From: Parasitella parasitica NRRL 2501
Taxonomy: Eukaryota; Fungi; Mucoromycota
Assembly: GCA_025201805.1 (NCBI GenBank)
Contig: MU619239.1
Span: 158,367 to 222,366 of the forward strand
Length of the DNA: 64,000 nucleotides
Reading direction: 5' to 3'
Under the pieces are notes generated by a model. That model was not told where the DNA came from and ran no database searches. It saw only the letters and a list, made by a program, of their open reading frames with translations. Both the position numbers and the translations under genes were made by a program. Of this stretch, positions 14,564-27,379 are shown in pieces. Position 1 is the stretch's first letter; every line of letters begins with the position of its first letter.

Positions 14564-17078
14564 TGATTCTGTATGATATATAATTTCTCCTAATAAACTT
14601 TTTCGCTTCCTCTTTTGCTTTGATTTTTGGCGTTTGATATATTTAATGTACCTTATATTTCCCTTTTGTGGCACTTGTTCAGATCAGAAATATCAAAGTA
14701 TTTATAGATTCATCAGCACTTGGAATGTTATTTATAAAAGTATCATCACGCGAATGAAATCTAATCAGTTGTTTGTGCAACAAACAACAAATCCGCCTTC
14801 AATATCTGCTACACGTATCCATATTGACTATTTGTTGTTGCCAAGATACAATAATATACAGTACTTGATACAATGTGCTAACTGGAAAATGATTGGCCAT
14901 TTGTTGGCAAAGGATTGCCGTTTTCGATTTTTTTTTTTGTCGTTGCTATGTATTTATCCGCACTCGCTTTGCTGTACTGCGGGCTTTGGTTGGACAATAA
15001 AGTGATACGGCATATTTATTGCCTCCATTTGCATCTTTCTAGAGGGAGCATGCATTGCTTCCTGACAAATCCGGCAAGCCTATGGAGGAACTTTGGAAGA
15101 TAGGAACTCCCGCGTCTGCTTAATCCTCTGAATTTGGGGTCTTTCCAGACTCGACACTAGCTCTTCAGTTAATCTGATCGGTGGTTATAGGGTTAATATT
15201 GTCTATTACATACATCTGATGAAACTTGTCATATTTTGAAGTTCAAGGTAGTCTTTAAAAAAGGTTACGGTTCTGGTTGTGAGTCTGTTGATTTTGGATC
15301 AAAAACCTTTAATTGGATTCAGGAACGGTGAGCAAGGTTGAAGACAAACACATTTATGTCCTTCGTATTTCAAAAATCTCTATACAGATAATTTTTTTAT
15401 GAATGGGTGTGCTATCCTGGTGGCAGATAGTTTCCTTTTTTCTGGCATTTTCTTATTCCTTCAGTTGATCTGGCGTCTTCTAGTATAGAAGGTCTTGTTA
15501 AACAAGTACCAAACTGGATTATGTATATCCAGTTGCACAGTAGAACAGCTAGTTAAATCTGTGCCATCTTTTCCATAATGTTAAAATGGTTCAAAAGTGT
15601 GTATCTTTGCAAAGTCAGGTACGTTGATTTTAGGCGCCCGATTTTTTTTTTTTTTAAAAAGACAAAAGCTGCAAGAAAATAATTTTTACCGATCTCAAAC
15701 ACAAAAAAAGTAATAAAAAGTAATGCATTAGACTAAAAAACACCTTTTGATTACACATTTGTATAGTTTAAAGCAAGTTTTTGTACCTTTCAAGTTGGCA
15801 TCAGATGAAGGTAGCGACTTTTCTGACTTTTCTCGGAATAGTATTTTTTTAAAATCGGAGCGTGAGATCGTCAGGCCAAGTACACACATGCAAGTACCAT
15901 CATTAGAAACCCAAGAAGCACACCATCTAATCAAATGGTTTGTAATTGTTTTTTTTTTAAAAAATTGGGTAAGCTATGGCTTCTCAAAGCTAATGCTTTC
16001 TTCTAAAAACACCATTTTTCTTTGATAGCGGAGATTAAACGCGTCCAATATTGGAAAGAAAAAATTCTTTCAGAAACTCCATTTGGACAATTCGAGAACA
16101 AAATTACTCCTTTGAGGCAAGATATCATCTTCTGATACTATGCATACCACAGCTGTCAGTTTATGATAATAGTTGTATTTTTGGGCGCTCTACACGCTGG
16201 TTTCATTTCATAATCCCCGCGTGCTTATGGCAGGAATTCTTTTGAGAAAACATCAAAGACAGATCAAGAGAGAAAAGTCAATATTTTGCTTAATCAGAGC
16301 GCATTTCCAGTCTTTCAGATCAAGGAATGGTCTTTTACGATCATTTTCTTCTAATATATGCTGTAGTAAAAAGTTGCAATTTTGGGGTCAAAACCGAGAA
16401 TAAAGCATAATCGATGATTTTGGATGTGTGGATACAAGGAAAAAATCGAAAAAATCCGTGGTTTTGCATCGAAAAAAAAAATCATGCTCAAATTGCACCA
16501 AAATCATATATAATATTGTTTTTTCCCAATGGATACTATTTCCGGTGTAATCAGGGCACTTTTGATTATGAAAATTAATCAAAAAATGGCATACAAAGCT
16601 AAAGTTCTTGCTTTTAAGCTGTAAAAAGTATCTATCTGGAGATAATATCACGTTCATATTAATTCTAGCACACGTCAAAGTCCTCTTAAGTAAGTATTTT
16701 TGATACCCAAGAATACCTTTCTTCAAAGAACCATAACCAAACAGACTTCGCCGATTGAGTTAAAAGCAAAAGAGGATAATTAATGGATTCGATGTTTTGC
16801 TGTAATAATAACCCCTTGTTGTCTTGTGAATAGTTCATAGGTTGCTAATTGTTAGTGACAGAGAAGCCCTATTACAATTGAAGCTTATAATAATGCTTAC
16901 TGTCAGTTCAATAGTTCCTTTTTATGTGACTCTAATGCTGAACATGTAAAATAGAAAGTAAAAAGAGGTTAAAAATGAGGTTGAGATAAATTTTACTAAC
17001 AACGGTTAGGCTTCATAATAAGCTTCTGGTAGATCCCAGGTTCCAGGCACTGTACTGTAAAGTATCAAATTCTGGATA

Positions 17079-17147
17079 GGGGATAACTCGTTATACCAAA
17101 CACACTGTTGTACACCAACCCGTTCGTTATAACGAGTCCCGACTATA
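17079..17147. mobile_element. Remnant of a pogo/Tc1-mariner-type terminal inverted repeat or mini-MITE
   Basis: actcgttata (17086-17095) and tataacgagt (17128-17137) are inverted repeats. The end cgttataacgagtcccgacta is followed by TA and resembles pogo-like TIRs (CAGT..CTCGTTATAACG) with a TA target site. Confidence 0.4.
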
Positions 17148-18798
17148 TATTCTTTCTTTGATATTGGATATGCTGACTTAACAGATGTAACATAAAATGA
17201 TAATGCGAAGTTATAAAAATAGAGATTGTCATTTGCTGAATTTGCTATGATTTTGCATTGTGTAAATGCATAATTTGACGGATACGTACAAATTGATGCC
17301 TTATTGGTATATGCAGTTTAATACTTTGATACTTTAATACTTTATGGTTTTGTAACTTGACCATTTTTTTTCTAAATATTTGAGCTTATTCAGATGTCTC
17401 ATATCTAACGGATATATCTAGAATAATTTATCAATTATGAAATTCAAACAATTTTTATTGTGGTTCGTTGGCGATCGTTTAAGTTCAGGTAACTGAAGCA
17501 CATGTATGTCGATAGTGTTTATAAAGAATTTTTATTGTATCGAAAATGGGAATAATAGAAAAGAACCCAAATAGTCATTCATTTAAAAATACCTGCTACT
17601 CCTGCACAATGGCTGTTTGATCAAAAATAAAATAATTAGAGCGTCGCAATTTCGCTTCTTGTCCTTACTTGAAATATCCTTAGGGAGATCTTTCTCTTCT
17701 CCCAGCTTTTATCCGAGATAAATTTTTTTTTATCAGAAACCCTAATATACATTATCACAAACATTACGACTTTTATCATTTACTTGAACTTTTATTCCTT
17801 GTAGTTAAAGGCAATGTCTTTAGCCAATCAACTACAACTAATAACACTTGATATAATTAATTACTTAGACTTCTTTGATTGAAACTTGAAGACGAAGAAA
17901 ATAAGGATCTTAGTAAAGACAGTAATAGCCAGTAAACATTATTTATCCCAAGGTTTTCCGCTCGACATACAATATGCATGGAAGACAACCAGTCGAGAGT
18001 TCTCCCGAAAGTAATGAAATACGATACTTATTGCGTTCCCTAACTACGCATAAATTAAGGCCAGACAAGTAAAATAACAAGAGAACTTTAATCAATACAA
18101 AAGAGTAAATTTTACTAGTGTTCAGTAGACTAACAGGGCTTACAGAAATTGTTTCATACGGGGATAGTTCAGTCCAGTCCTAAGTCTGACAGTCCATAGA
18201 GTTGTGCTCAATGCAATATTATCGCTTAATATAAGTTTAAATAGAATATCACTACTTTTATTTGAAGGATCGCTTTTCATTTAAATACTATTATCTATCT
18301 CCTTCCAAAATGGTATTTCGACCACTAAATGAAGAGCCACTTTGCCACGACCATTCCTTTTTATAATGGTCTGGTAAAATCGATTTAAATTTGACTATTT
18401 ACCAAAGTCTACTATCTGGGCCGGTCAAGACAAAAGCTGGCAAACTGTTCGTAGTTATATTTTCAAAATAGAGGACACTAGTCTTCAGTACATTTTGTGG
18501 CACGTTTATCGATCCTGGGAGAACGTTCCGAATTCGAAATTCATTTTCTGAAATAACGGAAATATTTTATTAATGTAAGATACTTTTCTACTACTTTTTG
18601 ACATATTATATATCTGCCGAGCTGTGGAGAATAGGAAAGTTAAAAGGGTGTTGAAAAAGTGGTGAATTTAAGGGTAACAATTACTAAATTAAAGCAAAAT
18701 GAAAACAGATATGCTACACTATTGATTATACTAAAGGGAATGATGTGTTGTTATAAATGCATGACTCTATATAAGTGTCTGAATATGAAGTGTGTATA

Positions 18799-19551
18799 TT
18801 ATCTACAAAGTTGATCGTATGGAATTCTTGTCCCCATCATGAATTCTAAATCCATCTCTGCCCTAGGCAAGTTGTTCCAAAGCATGATTTGCTGGTTTCT
18901 ATCATGTCTCTCAGCAGGTTTGCATGCACTGGAATGGAACATCCAGAAGTGGCCATTGTTGCAAGCATCCAAGCATTGGGAGCATGGAGATACAACATGG
19001 TAACCAATAACATTACCACATTCCAAACACGCAACATCTCGAATTCGACAGTGGCATGATCTTGTGAGGTAGTCTTTTTCCAAAACATGGATACTGTTTT
19101 TTTTTTCGTGAAGCGTTAATTTTTTAAGGAGTGTTTAAACCTTATGACAAACATACCATTGCGATGGAGTGTCGGTACTGTATAATTCAATGGTTGTATC
19201 AGCCAACAAGATTGCTTTCATACCACGAGCGCATACAGGAGTAGTGCAATGTCTGCACATCAATCTATAAACTGGCTTAACAGGCGAAACAAGGCCAGGA
19301 TGGTCACCAATGAATTGAGATGCTCGCATATACTGCTGTTGCTGCTGTTGCTGCTGTTGCTGCTGTTGCTGATGGTTCTGTGCATATCTACGTTGAGACT
19401 GCATTACAGATGGGGGTGTGACATTTGGGAATGTGTATCGCTGTAATGATGCAGATGATCTTCTTCCACCATTATTTATTTCGTTATGCTGCTGCGTATT
19501 GTTGGAAGTTGAATTTCTTGGACGAGGAAGTCTAATGCGAGCAGTATCCAT
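18799..19551 (-). CDS. FAM72-family protein with polyQ N-terminal region, 2 exons
   Basis: VYRLMCRHCTTPVCARGMKAILLADTTIELYSTD and CHCRIRDVACLECGNVIGYHVVSPCSQCLDACNNGHFWMFHS match FAM72 motifs. Confidence 0.88.
19333..19371 (-). repeat. (CAG/CAA)n coding repeat, polyQ
   Basis: ctg/ttg triplet run on + encodes 13 Gln on the minus strand. Confidence 0.9.
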
Positions 19552-20339
19552 AATTTGAAATAAATGATGATAGAAGAATATGGGATAAAAAAAAAGCGAT
19601 TCCTGAGAAAACCAGCTCTTTTTATTTTTCAACTGTTTGTTAGAGCGTATTCAGTATAGGATTGAAGCTTAAAAATAGCAACTTCGTATATGTTCCCGAT
19701 CATATTGAAAAACAATGTCCAAGCGGGTTGAAACAAATCATTATTCGGCATGAATTCACCCAATTGCTCGGAGACAATTGCAGCAAAACTTCCATTTCAC
19801 CATCATGTTGCCACGCTGGTTACAATTTCAATGCTGTTGGCATCAACACGCACTTTATCTATATAGATAATAAAAGGTGTGTAGCAATTTTTGATCTGCT
19901 GCAGATCAAAATAATCATTATGTAATATCCAAGAGTGTGTTCCTGAAAAACAAAAAATGCATTTGATAGTCGGGGAGAATTATGCCAACAAGCTATTTTT
20001 TTTATAAAAAAGAATTTGTCACTACACTGCTTTTCATTAGAAAAAAAAAAAGCCTGCTTATCCTCAAAGATACAAGAGAAAATAAGAAATAAACATAAAC
20101 ACTTTTATTGTTAAAAAATAGATACAGTATATATAACTGTTGTCCACGGTTATATTGATTTGATACCAAGACAGGGTGAGGAAATCTCCTTGATGCTTTC
20201 GAAAGTGATATAGATACATTGTATGTTGTCAGACAGTGTTACGTGGTGATCATTGAGTGTTGGTATATTGGTGATTAGTAAAGAGTATTAAAATTTTTGT
20301 AAATATGTACTTGAATAATGATATTGTGGTATGACGCTA

Positions 20340-21705
20340 TTATCGATGGTGGTGTTGCGGCGAAATGGAATAATCAGACGGTTCCTCTATGACCATTTTA
20401 TTTGAATTTGCTGTTGACTTTTGCGAGTAATTATCGACCAAAGTTGTAACAGTAGAAGCAAATGTCAAGACAGAGCCTGGAGTATTAGGTATGGATCTAC
20501 TCCCAATTGTATTGATACTTGGTTTAGTTTTCAATGGCTTCAATGGAGTGATATCTACTTTAATCAGTTCATTTTCATCGTTTGATAAATGCGGTGTATC
20601 TGTAGCTGATGTCGACTGCGAGTTTATGGACGCAGTTCTGTTCAAAGACACAGAGGATGAAAACGTCTTTTCAATAATAATGGATTCTTCATCTTGATCT
20701 ACGTATTTGGTGTTGATAGGAAAGTCTAATCCAGTGCCGGAAATCGATCTTGGGACAAGCCAGAGTATAGGCCATCGACCCAGTACAGACTGTACATTTT
20801 TGTAGATCCCTTGATCATAGGGGCATTTGATCTGGATATAAACATTAAAAATCTGCTTACATATTAGTGCTTGGATACATTACATTGTGAATCTTTCCCA
20901 TTCCCTTTATAGTAAGGGATCTTCCTTTCTCCCAGCCTTCGATGGTCGTTGTATTGGTAGAGATACAGTATATGTGGTAGGATGTGAGGATGCCCACTGT
21001 AATCATGATGGTTGTTGCCAAAATTAGGTTGATTGATAGAAAAGCTGATTCCAATGCTGTCGGTCGTATATCATACTACGTAAAATGCGAGTGAGAAGGT
21101 TTATATAGTTTTATTACTTCTTCACTATATTACATGGCGCATATCCCTGACAAGTTGAGCCAACCTGCAGCTCAGGAGAATAAACAGATAGATGGAGCTG
21201 ATATCCACATAAATTAGAAAACGAAAGAAATGGCAATAGTTTGCAAATCCAACGCAATTATTGACCCAAGGACAATGGTGATCCATTTTAAGCACGCATC
21301 GATTGCACGTTGAACAGTGGTGGGCCCTTGGTGGTTTGTAATTATCGCATGTTTTGCAGAATCTGGGCGTGTGCGTTGATTTTTTGACTTCGATGAAGGC
21401 CTGTTGTCTTGGTATCTGCAATATACATTGTTATTACGGGTCATGTTCAATGTAATTATACCACTCAGACTCACCCATCGTGTTGGCACTGCTCCTGGGT
21501 CTGTTTTGCATGTAAGGAAATAATTGATTAATGCCATTACCACAAAAAAATTTAATGGCACAAGTATCAAAATTGAGTGTATGGTGGCAGCACCAAGATA
21601 CGGCCATATCACAAAAATTTGGGATGTGTAGGTGATGAATAGGATGGTGGTAGTTACAGATGTCACTGTCAACGGTCCCTTTATAGCTTGCCAAGAACTG
21701 GACAT
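20340..21705 (-). CDS. DHHC palmitoyltransferase, Pfa4-like, multi-exon
   Basis: [37 protein letters not shown], the DPG and TTIE motifs and hydrophobic TM segments. Confidence 0.93.
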
Positions 21706-22139
21706 TTTACAAGAAATTAGCGAAAGAAAAGAAGAGCGATTTAGTATGCAAATGCTGCTGTGTCTTGCTTTAGCTATATACTGATAGCCACAGCAGAGGC
21801 TATCCTTTTTTTTTTTTTTTCATCATATATTTTGTATCACTTCGGAACCACGAGGAGTGTCCAAAAAGATTAGGAGGTTAGAAAAGGTAGGTGTCCCCGC
21901 CCCCCTTGAGTTTTCATTTCTGACCAACAAAACATCTTTTATTTATTGCACTGTTTCAAAGTAATTTAAGAATACAAGCGTAATAGTTTGCATGAGATCC
22001 TCTTGTTGTTGTCAATACAAACACGTTTACAGTTGACGTTTATAGCAAGTTGAGTGCGTATTATAAATCAGTGGTGTTAATCAAGACATGGTGTAACTGT
22101 TCCTCTCAAATATAAATACATGTATACATGTTGTGTTGA

Positions 22140-22141
<2 letters not shown>

Positions 22142-22182
<41 letters not shown>

Positions 22183-22185
22183 ACA
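22142..22185. repeat. (CA)n microsatellite
   Basis: About 22 CA units with one interruption. Confidence 0.95.
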
Positions 22186-22365
22186 TTTCATGTCATATAA
22201 CAATTAGATGCGTGTGTGCGAAGATTTGACCTCCCTATTTTGCGGTTCATTTACGCTCTAAAAATACAATTACCACACAATTGTTAGGATTATCATTGTG
22301 TCTATTAGCTTATTCCCCCCTCCCTTCATCTCGCTTTGCACCCCTTAAAATACGTTAATCGCGTT

Positions 22366-25263
22366 TTATTTTTCAGTTTCACCAATATCTTGTTCCTCTG
22401 AGGCAATTTGCATAATTAACTTGTGTTCAAGAATTTCGTCTAGGTCCGATTTCTTGAGTTTGCTGCCATTTGTGATGGCATCCACAGCAAGCTGCACAGC
22501 ATCTTTCTCGTTTTCCTGCGTCTCCATCCAAGCCATGTATTCCTGCCTTGATAAATCATAGACCGTGTGTGGGAACGGCAGCGATTTTGATTGCTGCTGT
22601 GAACGTACAATTAAATGATGTATCAAGACCAACTTGGATAAGCCGGATGTGTGGTGGGCTGCTGTCAATTGAGCAGAATCCAAAAATAGTAACGGCCTGA
22701 ATGCTCTCAGTGCTTTATACTCATCTCCCACTTCCTCTATTCTTGCTCCATATTCACTCATAAACTGGCTAACAGTGAATTCTAATTCTGCCATGTCTCC
22801 TGCTAATTTTAATTTGCCTGCTTCGCTTAGGGGACACACCATACTCGCTTGAAATATGAAGACGTAGAGAATATATTTACTAATTTTTCTAACCCTATTT
22901 TTTTTTATAGCGTTAGATTATTATGACCAGTCTCCCTTTTTTGCTCGACTTACCATGTCTTGGGCTCAGCTCCACAAGAAAAGTTTTGGAGTATCGTTGT
23001 GTGAAAGTAGCGTACGTGTCTTTGCAACTCTTTTATATAGTTGCTTTTGTCGGCTTCAGGATCAAAATTACGTTTGAGCTTGCCGGAAAAATCTTCTTGG
23101 TGTATCTTTAACAGCACACTTTCTGCGTCTTTTTTGATGGATTTGACTAGTCTGTCGCCAATCTTCGTCATGAGCGTTTGGCAATCCTAATCAGCAAACT
23201 GGTAAGCATGCATCTATTTATACATGTCATAAAATATGCATTTACATCTACTCCTTTTTTGACAACATCGACTACTTTGTCAGAGTATTCCTCCAAAATC
23301 TTCCAAACTGACTGGTGCATGTAATATAAAATATTGGCAATTTCGATATTCATATTCAGGTAATTGACAATGTGCGAGTTGGATGTGTTTGTAGTATATA
23401 TTGATTGCTCGTTTTTTGGGAGCTATGCGCAGTGTTAGCAACAGCTTCAGCAAACGGTATCGCATGAAAATACTCACCAGATGTTCGCACTTGACACAGA
23501 AGCTGTTCATCGCTTTGACAGCATTTTTGCCAACTGCTTGCGCGAGATGAGGCTCGAAAGAAGCAGTTTCCAATTCACTAATGATGGATATCAGTATACA
23601 GAGTGCGCATGTATCATGCAGGACTTACTGCCCAATAATGCGAGTAATATTCAGTACGTTATTTCTGCCCGGCGCTGTTCGTGCTAAACCGCCATAGGTA
23701 GGAAATGTTGAATTCACTGCATCGTACATGCGCTGTAATGACTTTGCGAGGAAACTGGTCTGAAACGTATTGAAGCTTCTAAGCATAATCACATATTCTG
23801 GAGTTTGAGAGTAATCAGACAAGAGCGTGCCATTGTGTAATGCAACCCTCGAGAAGAAATCGTGCAAAAGCTTGAGCAGCTTGGGATATTCCCCCACAAA
23901 AATTGACTGCAAAAACGTAGATGCCTTGGCAGCGTTCTTTAACTCTTGTTCAAAATTTGCAGACAAGATTCGCCAGAAATAGTTGACTAGGCTATCGGCG
24001 TCCAACGTCTATGAACAGCTAAGGATATGTGATTTGACTAAAATAGCGGCAGTTTACCTTGGATACTTCATCCAAAAAGGAGACATGCGTTAAAGCATCC
24101 TTTTTGATTTCCAACACTTTTTCAAGACTGTAAATCTTGATACATTGATCGCTCATTTTTGTCATGAGAGACTCCATGCGACTCCACACTGCGCTGGCAA
24201 GTTGCTTTTGATTCGTGCCGACAGAGCTGTTTGACATTGTTGGTGAGGATACTTGCTGCTGCTGCTGCTGCTTCTGTCCACCAGACGCTCCTGGTTGTCT
24301 CAACTCGTTTTGAATAGAATGCATGTCTATCACTTTTTTGATATCCAGAATCAGGCTATTTAACATGGCCTGTGTGGTGGTCTGCACTCGATCTCCCATT
24401 TGCTTCATGTTGTGGAACACTTGTAATCCAGATGCCACTTTGGCTTGATTTTGGGAATCAATGCCTTCTTTCAACAGTGCAGTAGCCTCGTCCTCTACTC
24501 TGTCGCGAGACTCCTCAATAAACGTCAGCTCACAAGCAACAATATCAATGCCTTCAAAATCTGTTTCTTTCATAATCGTCTCGAGTTCGTAAATGGTCAG
24601 CGCTGCTGTGGATATATCTCGATCACTAGTTGACAACTGAGCCTCCAAACGTCGCTTTAGTAAGATGAAACGATGCAACTTCCGTAGCAGTTCGCACGTA
24701 AGCTGTAGGTTTTCTAGCTGTGTTGCATAAGTTTTCAGCTGCTTGTATGGATCTCGAATCTTCTGTGACAATCTACATTTACATTTCCTTAGTAAACAGT
24801 ATTTTCTCTCCAGACTCTCACATACGTTTGAAGTGACTTATTCAATCCAGCAATGTTTGATTGCACAGTATTCAATACTAATTCTAGTTCTTTTATGCCT
24901 GTAACTTGGCTCAGAAGCGCCTCATAGTTTGTTACAACCTAGAGCATGATCAATTTTGAGTATCGCTTTCCATTTTTGCTCCACATTCATCTAACCTGCT
25001 CTTGAATCTGTTTGTTGACAATGTCGATACTGAAAGCTAATTTGGATAACTCGGTTCCAATATCGGTCGTCTCAGTTAAAGACTCTGATTCTTGTATGAC
25101 AGTATCTGCATAGATATTCGCGTCAAATTCTTCGGACAAGAAAGTATCGTAATCTAATACATGAGTGCTCAAGTTAATTAGTCGAGAATATACGCCCTTT
25201 TGATTGAATAGTACCAATATATTTGTCTGTATCCTGGATAGAGAATCTTGCTGTTGAAGGCAT
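22366..25263 (-). CDS. COG5: Conserved oligomeric Golgi complex subunit 5, multi-exon
   Basis: N-terminal YDTFLSEEFDAN..LSKLAFSIDIVNKQIQEQV, LQVFHN, LEKVLEIKKD, YPKLLKL and PLSEAGKLKLAGDMAELEF..LRAFRPLLF. Confidence 0.9.
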
Positions 25264-25606
25264 TCAAACTATAATGAGAAAAGGGGGGTTTGTTTGTTTG
25301 TCAAAAGAGAAAATGTAAAACTGCTCCTCTTTTTCAACAACAGGTCTAAAGTAGGCTGTCTCTGATGTAGGATTACATAATCATTGAAGATAGTCGGTAG
25401 TTGTGCCATTACGTTACGTACGTGTGTACTCTTTATATATACAGAACAAGTATTTTAACAGTTTAACCGCTTCATTAATAGATGGTCATCGTTGCGTTTA
25501 ATAAATATATAAATAATGCTTTTATTATATACAGTAAATATGAGTTTTTGTGTTGCAACTTTGATCGAACTTCTATGCTCCTTTTTTCTTTTTTTTCTTT
25601 TTTTTT

Positions 25607-26686
25607 TTAATACGAACGATAATTCAAAGTGCATAATTCTGGTGTTTGATATACAGCTGCTGCTGGAGGAGGAGTGGACACATCAGCAGCAGTGGCAGCA
25701 TCAATAGGAAGTAAATCATCTTGGATCAGTACTGGATCAACCAAAACCAAATTTTCCAATTTTGCTATAAATGGTATAGAAGGAGACCCATTTTGCGATT
25801 CAAACGGTATATCTCTGCTAAGATCAGTCGTAGTAGTAGCACGAAAGGGTAATCCTAATCTGTAATTGAGTGCCATTGAGTACCGAATCAAGTATTCCGC
25901 TTGAGCATATGTTTCAATTGCTTTAGTACTGCGTCTCTCTCGAAGGACAAACACAGTTCTCTCCACAGATCTGCATAATAAATTTTCCAGCAACCAACAG
26001 CCAGCAAACAGCCCAGCTCTGCCAACGCCTCCTCTGCAGTGCGCCAAAACATTGTTTCCTTTGCTTATTTCCTTGTTCACTTCATAAACTGCATTTCTTA
26101 CTTCAGACAGAGTCTTTGGACATCCGCCTTCAACCATTGGTAATCGAATGATCTTCATGTCATGTGCGTGGGCGGCCTTTTCGTACATTGCCCAAGGAGC
26201 GCCCAAAAATTCCAATTCGGTGTCATCCAAACAGCTACGAAAAACGAATGAGACTGACGTAAAGATTATGTCTCTGGCGAAATCCCCACTTACCATACAA
26301 GCATAGTAACACCATAGCCTGCCATGCGATCAAAATCTTGGTCTAAATCTCTATTAATGGCTGCTCTACCTCGAACAGGGCCAGACAATCTCACTTTTTT
26401 CCCAGGACAAGAGCTCAAACAGAGATTTCCTCGCAGTTGCTGCGATTGCTGAAGATGCTGGAACTGTTGGTATTGCTGATCATCAAACTTGAGCCATTTT
26501 TCCCTGACATTAGGATCTAGAAAATCATATAAATCAAGACCATCAGGCAAGTGAGCGATGGACAAAAAACTTAGTACATCAGCCGGGACTACCCAACTTA
26601 TGCTAATTTCAGTGTAAGTATATGTGATGTTATTCGGAAATTTCGACACTGATAAATTGTGGGTGTGGATGTGCGTGTGCGTGTGC

Positions 26687-26729
<43 letters not shown>

Positions 26730-27029
26730 CGAGTGCCAACTATTCCTTTTTTTCTCTTTTTTTTTCTTTTTCTTCTAGTGTTTAAGGGGTAAATGAAAAA
26801 CCATGATTACTTACTTTATTGGATGACTGATGGATGTTTTTGGCTGTTTAATTAATGGTGGTACTTCAGTTTGACTTGACACGATTGACGAACTACTTGT
26901 CGATGTAACGAGCACAGGCAACGTTGTTGTAGATGTGGCTGCTACTGATTGCTGCTGTAGCTGCTGCTGCTGCTGCTGCTGCTGCTGCATTGGATTATCT
27001 GTGGTATAAAAGGCAGGTCTATTCGACAT
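25607..27029 (-). CDS. Cys-based protein phosphatase (CDKN3/KAP-like dual-specificity), 3 exons
   Basis: Active-site HCRGGVGRAG (CX5R), LSSCPGKK..RDLDQD and the AIET Q-loop. The N-terminus carries a polyQ tract. Confidence 0.85.
26660..26728. repeat. (GT)n microsatellite inside phosphatase intron 1
   Basis: gtgc/gt dinucleotide run. It explains the spurious HTHTHT ORF. Confidence 0.93.
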
Positions 27030-27379
27030 TCTCTTGTGTGAAGATGGGTGCAAGAAATAAAGTAAAACTAACGAAGGAGTAGATTACTTTCGCTTTTATG
27101 TTGAAAAAAGGTCGCCGAACCGAACAAGAAATGTTATCGTTTAGTAATTAGGAGTCAAATGTCGCCCAATCAGGAGATAAAGTATCTCCTCACCAAAAGA
27201 GATTCCTTTGAAACGTCAATAGGACAAAATACAAAAGAGAGATACGAGACGTAGCTAGTCAATCATTAGAGTCAAAGATCGGATGACAGGAGAATGGCAT
27301 TGTCTTGCGGATTGTTTTTAGGTTCGGTTTGGACGACAAAATTTATTGCAACATCTGTAGGCACAACTTTATTGGCTTT

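Noticed and set aside
15728-16726. Cluster of short ORFs and a possible TTAA-ended element terminus at ~16690
   Set aside because: No transposase motif and no matching opposite end found.
24010-24030. ATATCCTTAG in a COG5 intron resembling U12-type signals
   Set aside because: The donor is an ordinary U2-type GTAAAC. I found no U12 donor at any exon boundary I checked.
26290-26739. His-Thr repeat protein N-terminus (HTHTHT)
   Set aside because: It is the translation of an intronic (GT)n microsatellite. The real exon starts after the acceptor near 26610.
27162-27190. Short hairpin aggagata/tatctcct; similar small palindromes near 21793, 48601 and 49584
   Set aside because: Stems of 7-8 bp are expected by chance in 64 kb and have no other support.
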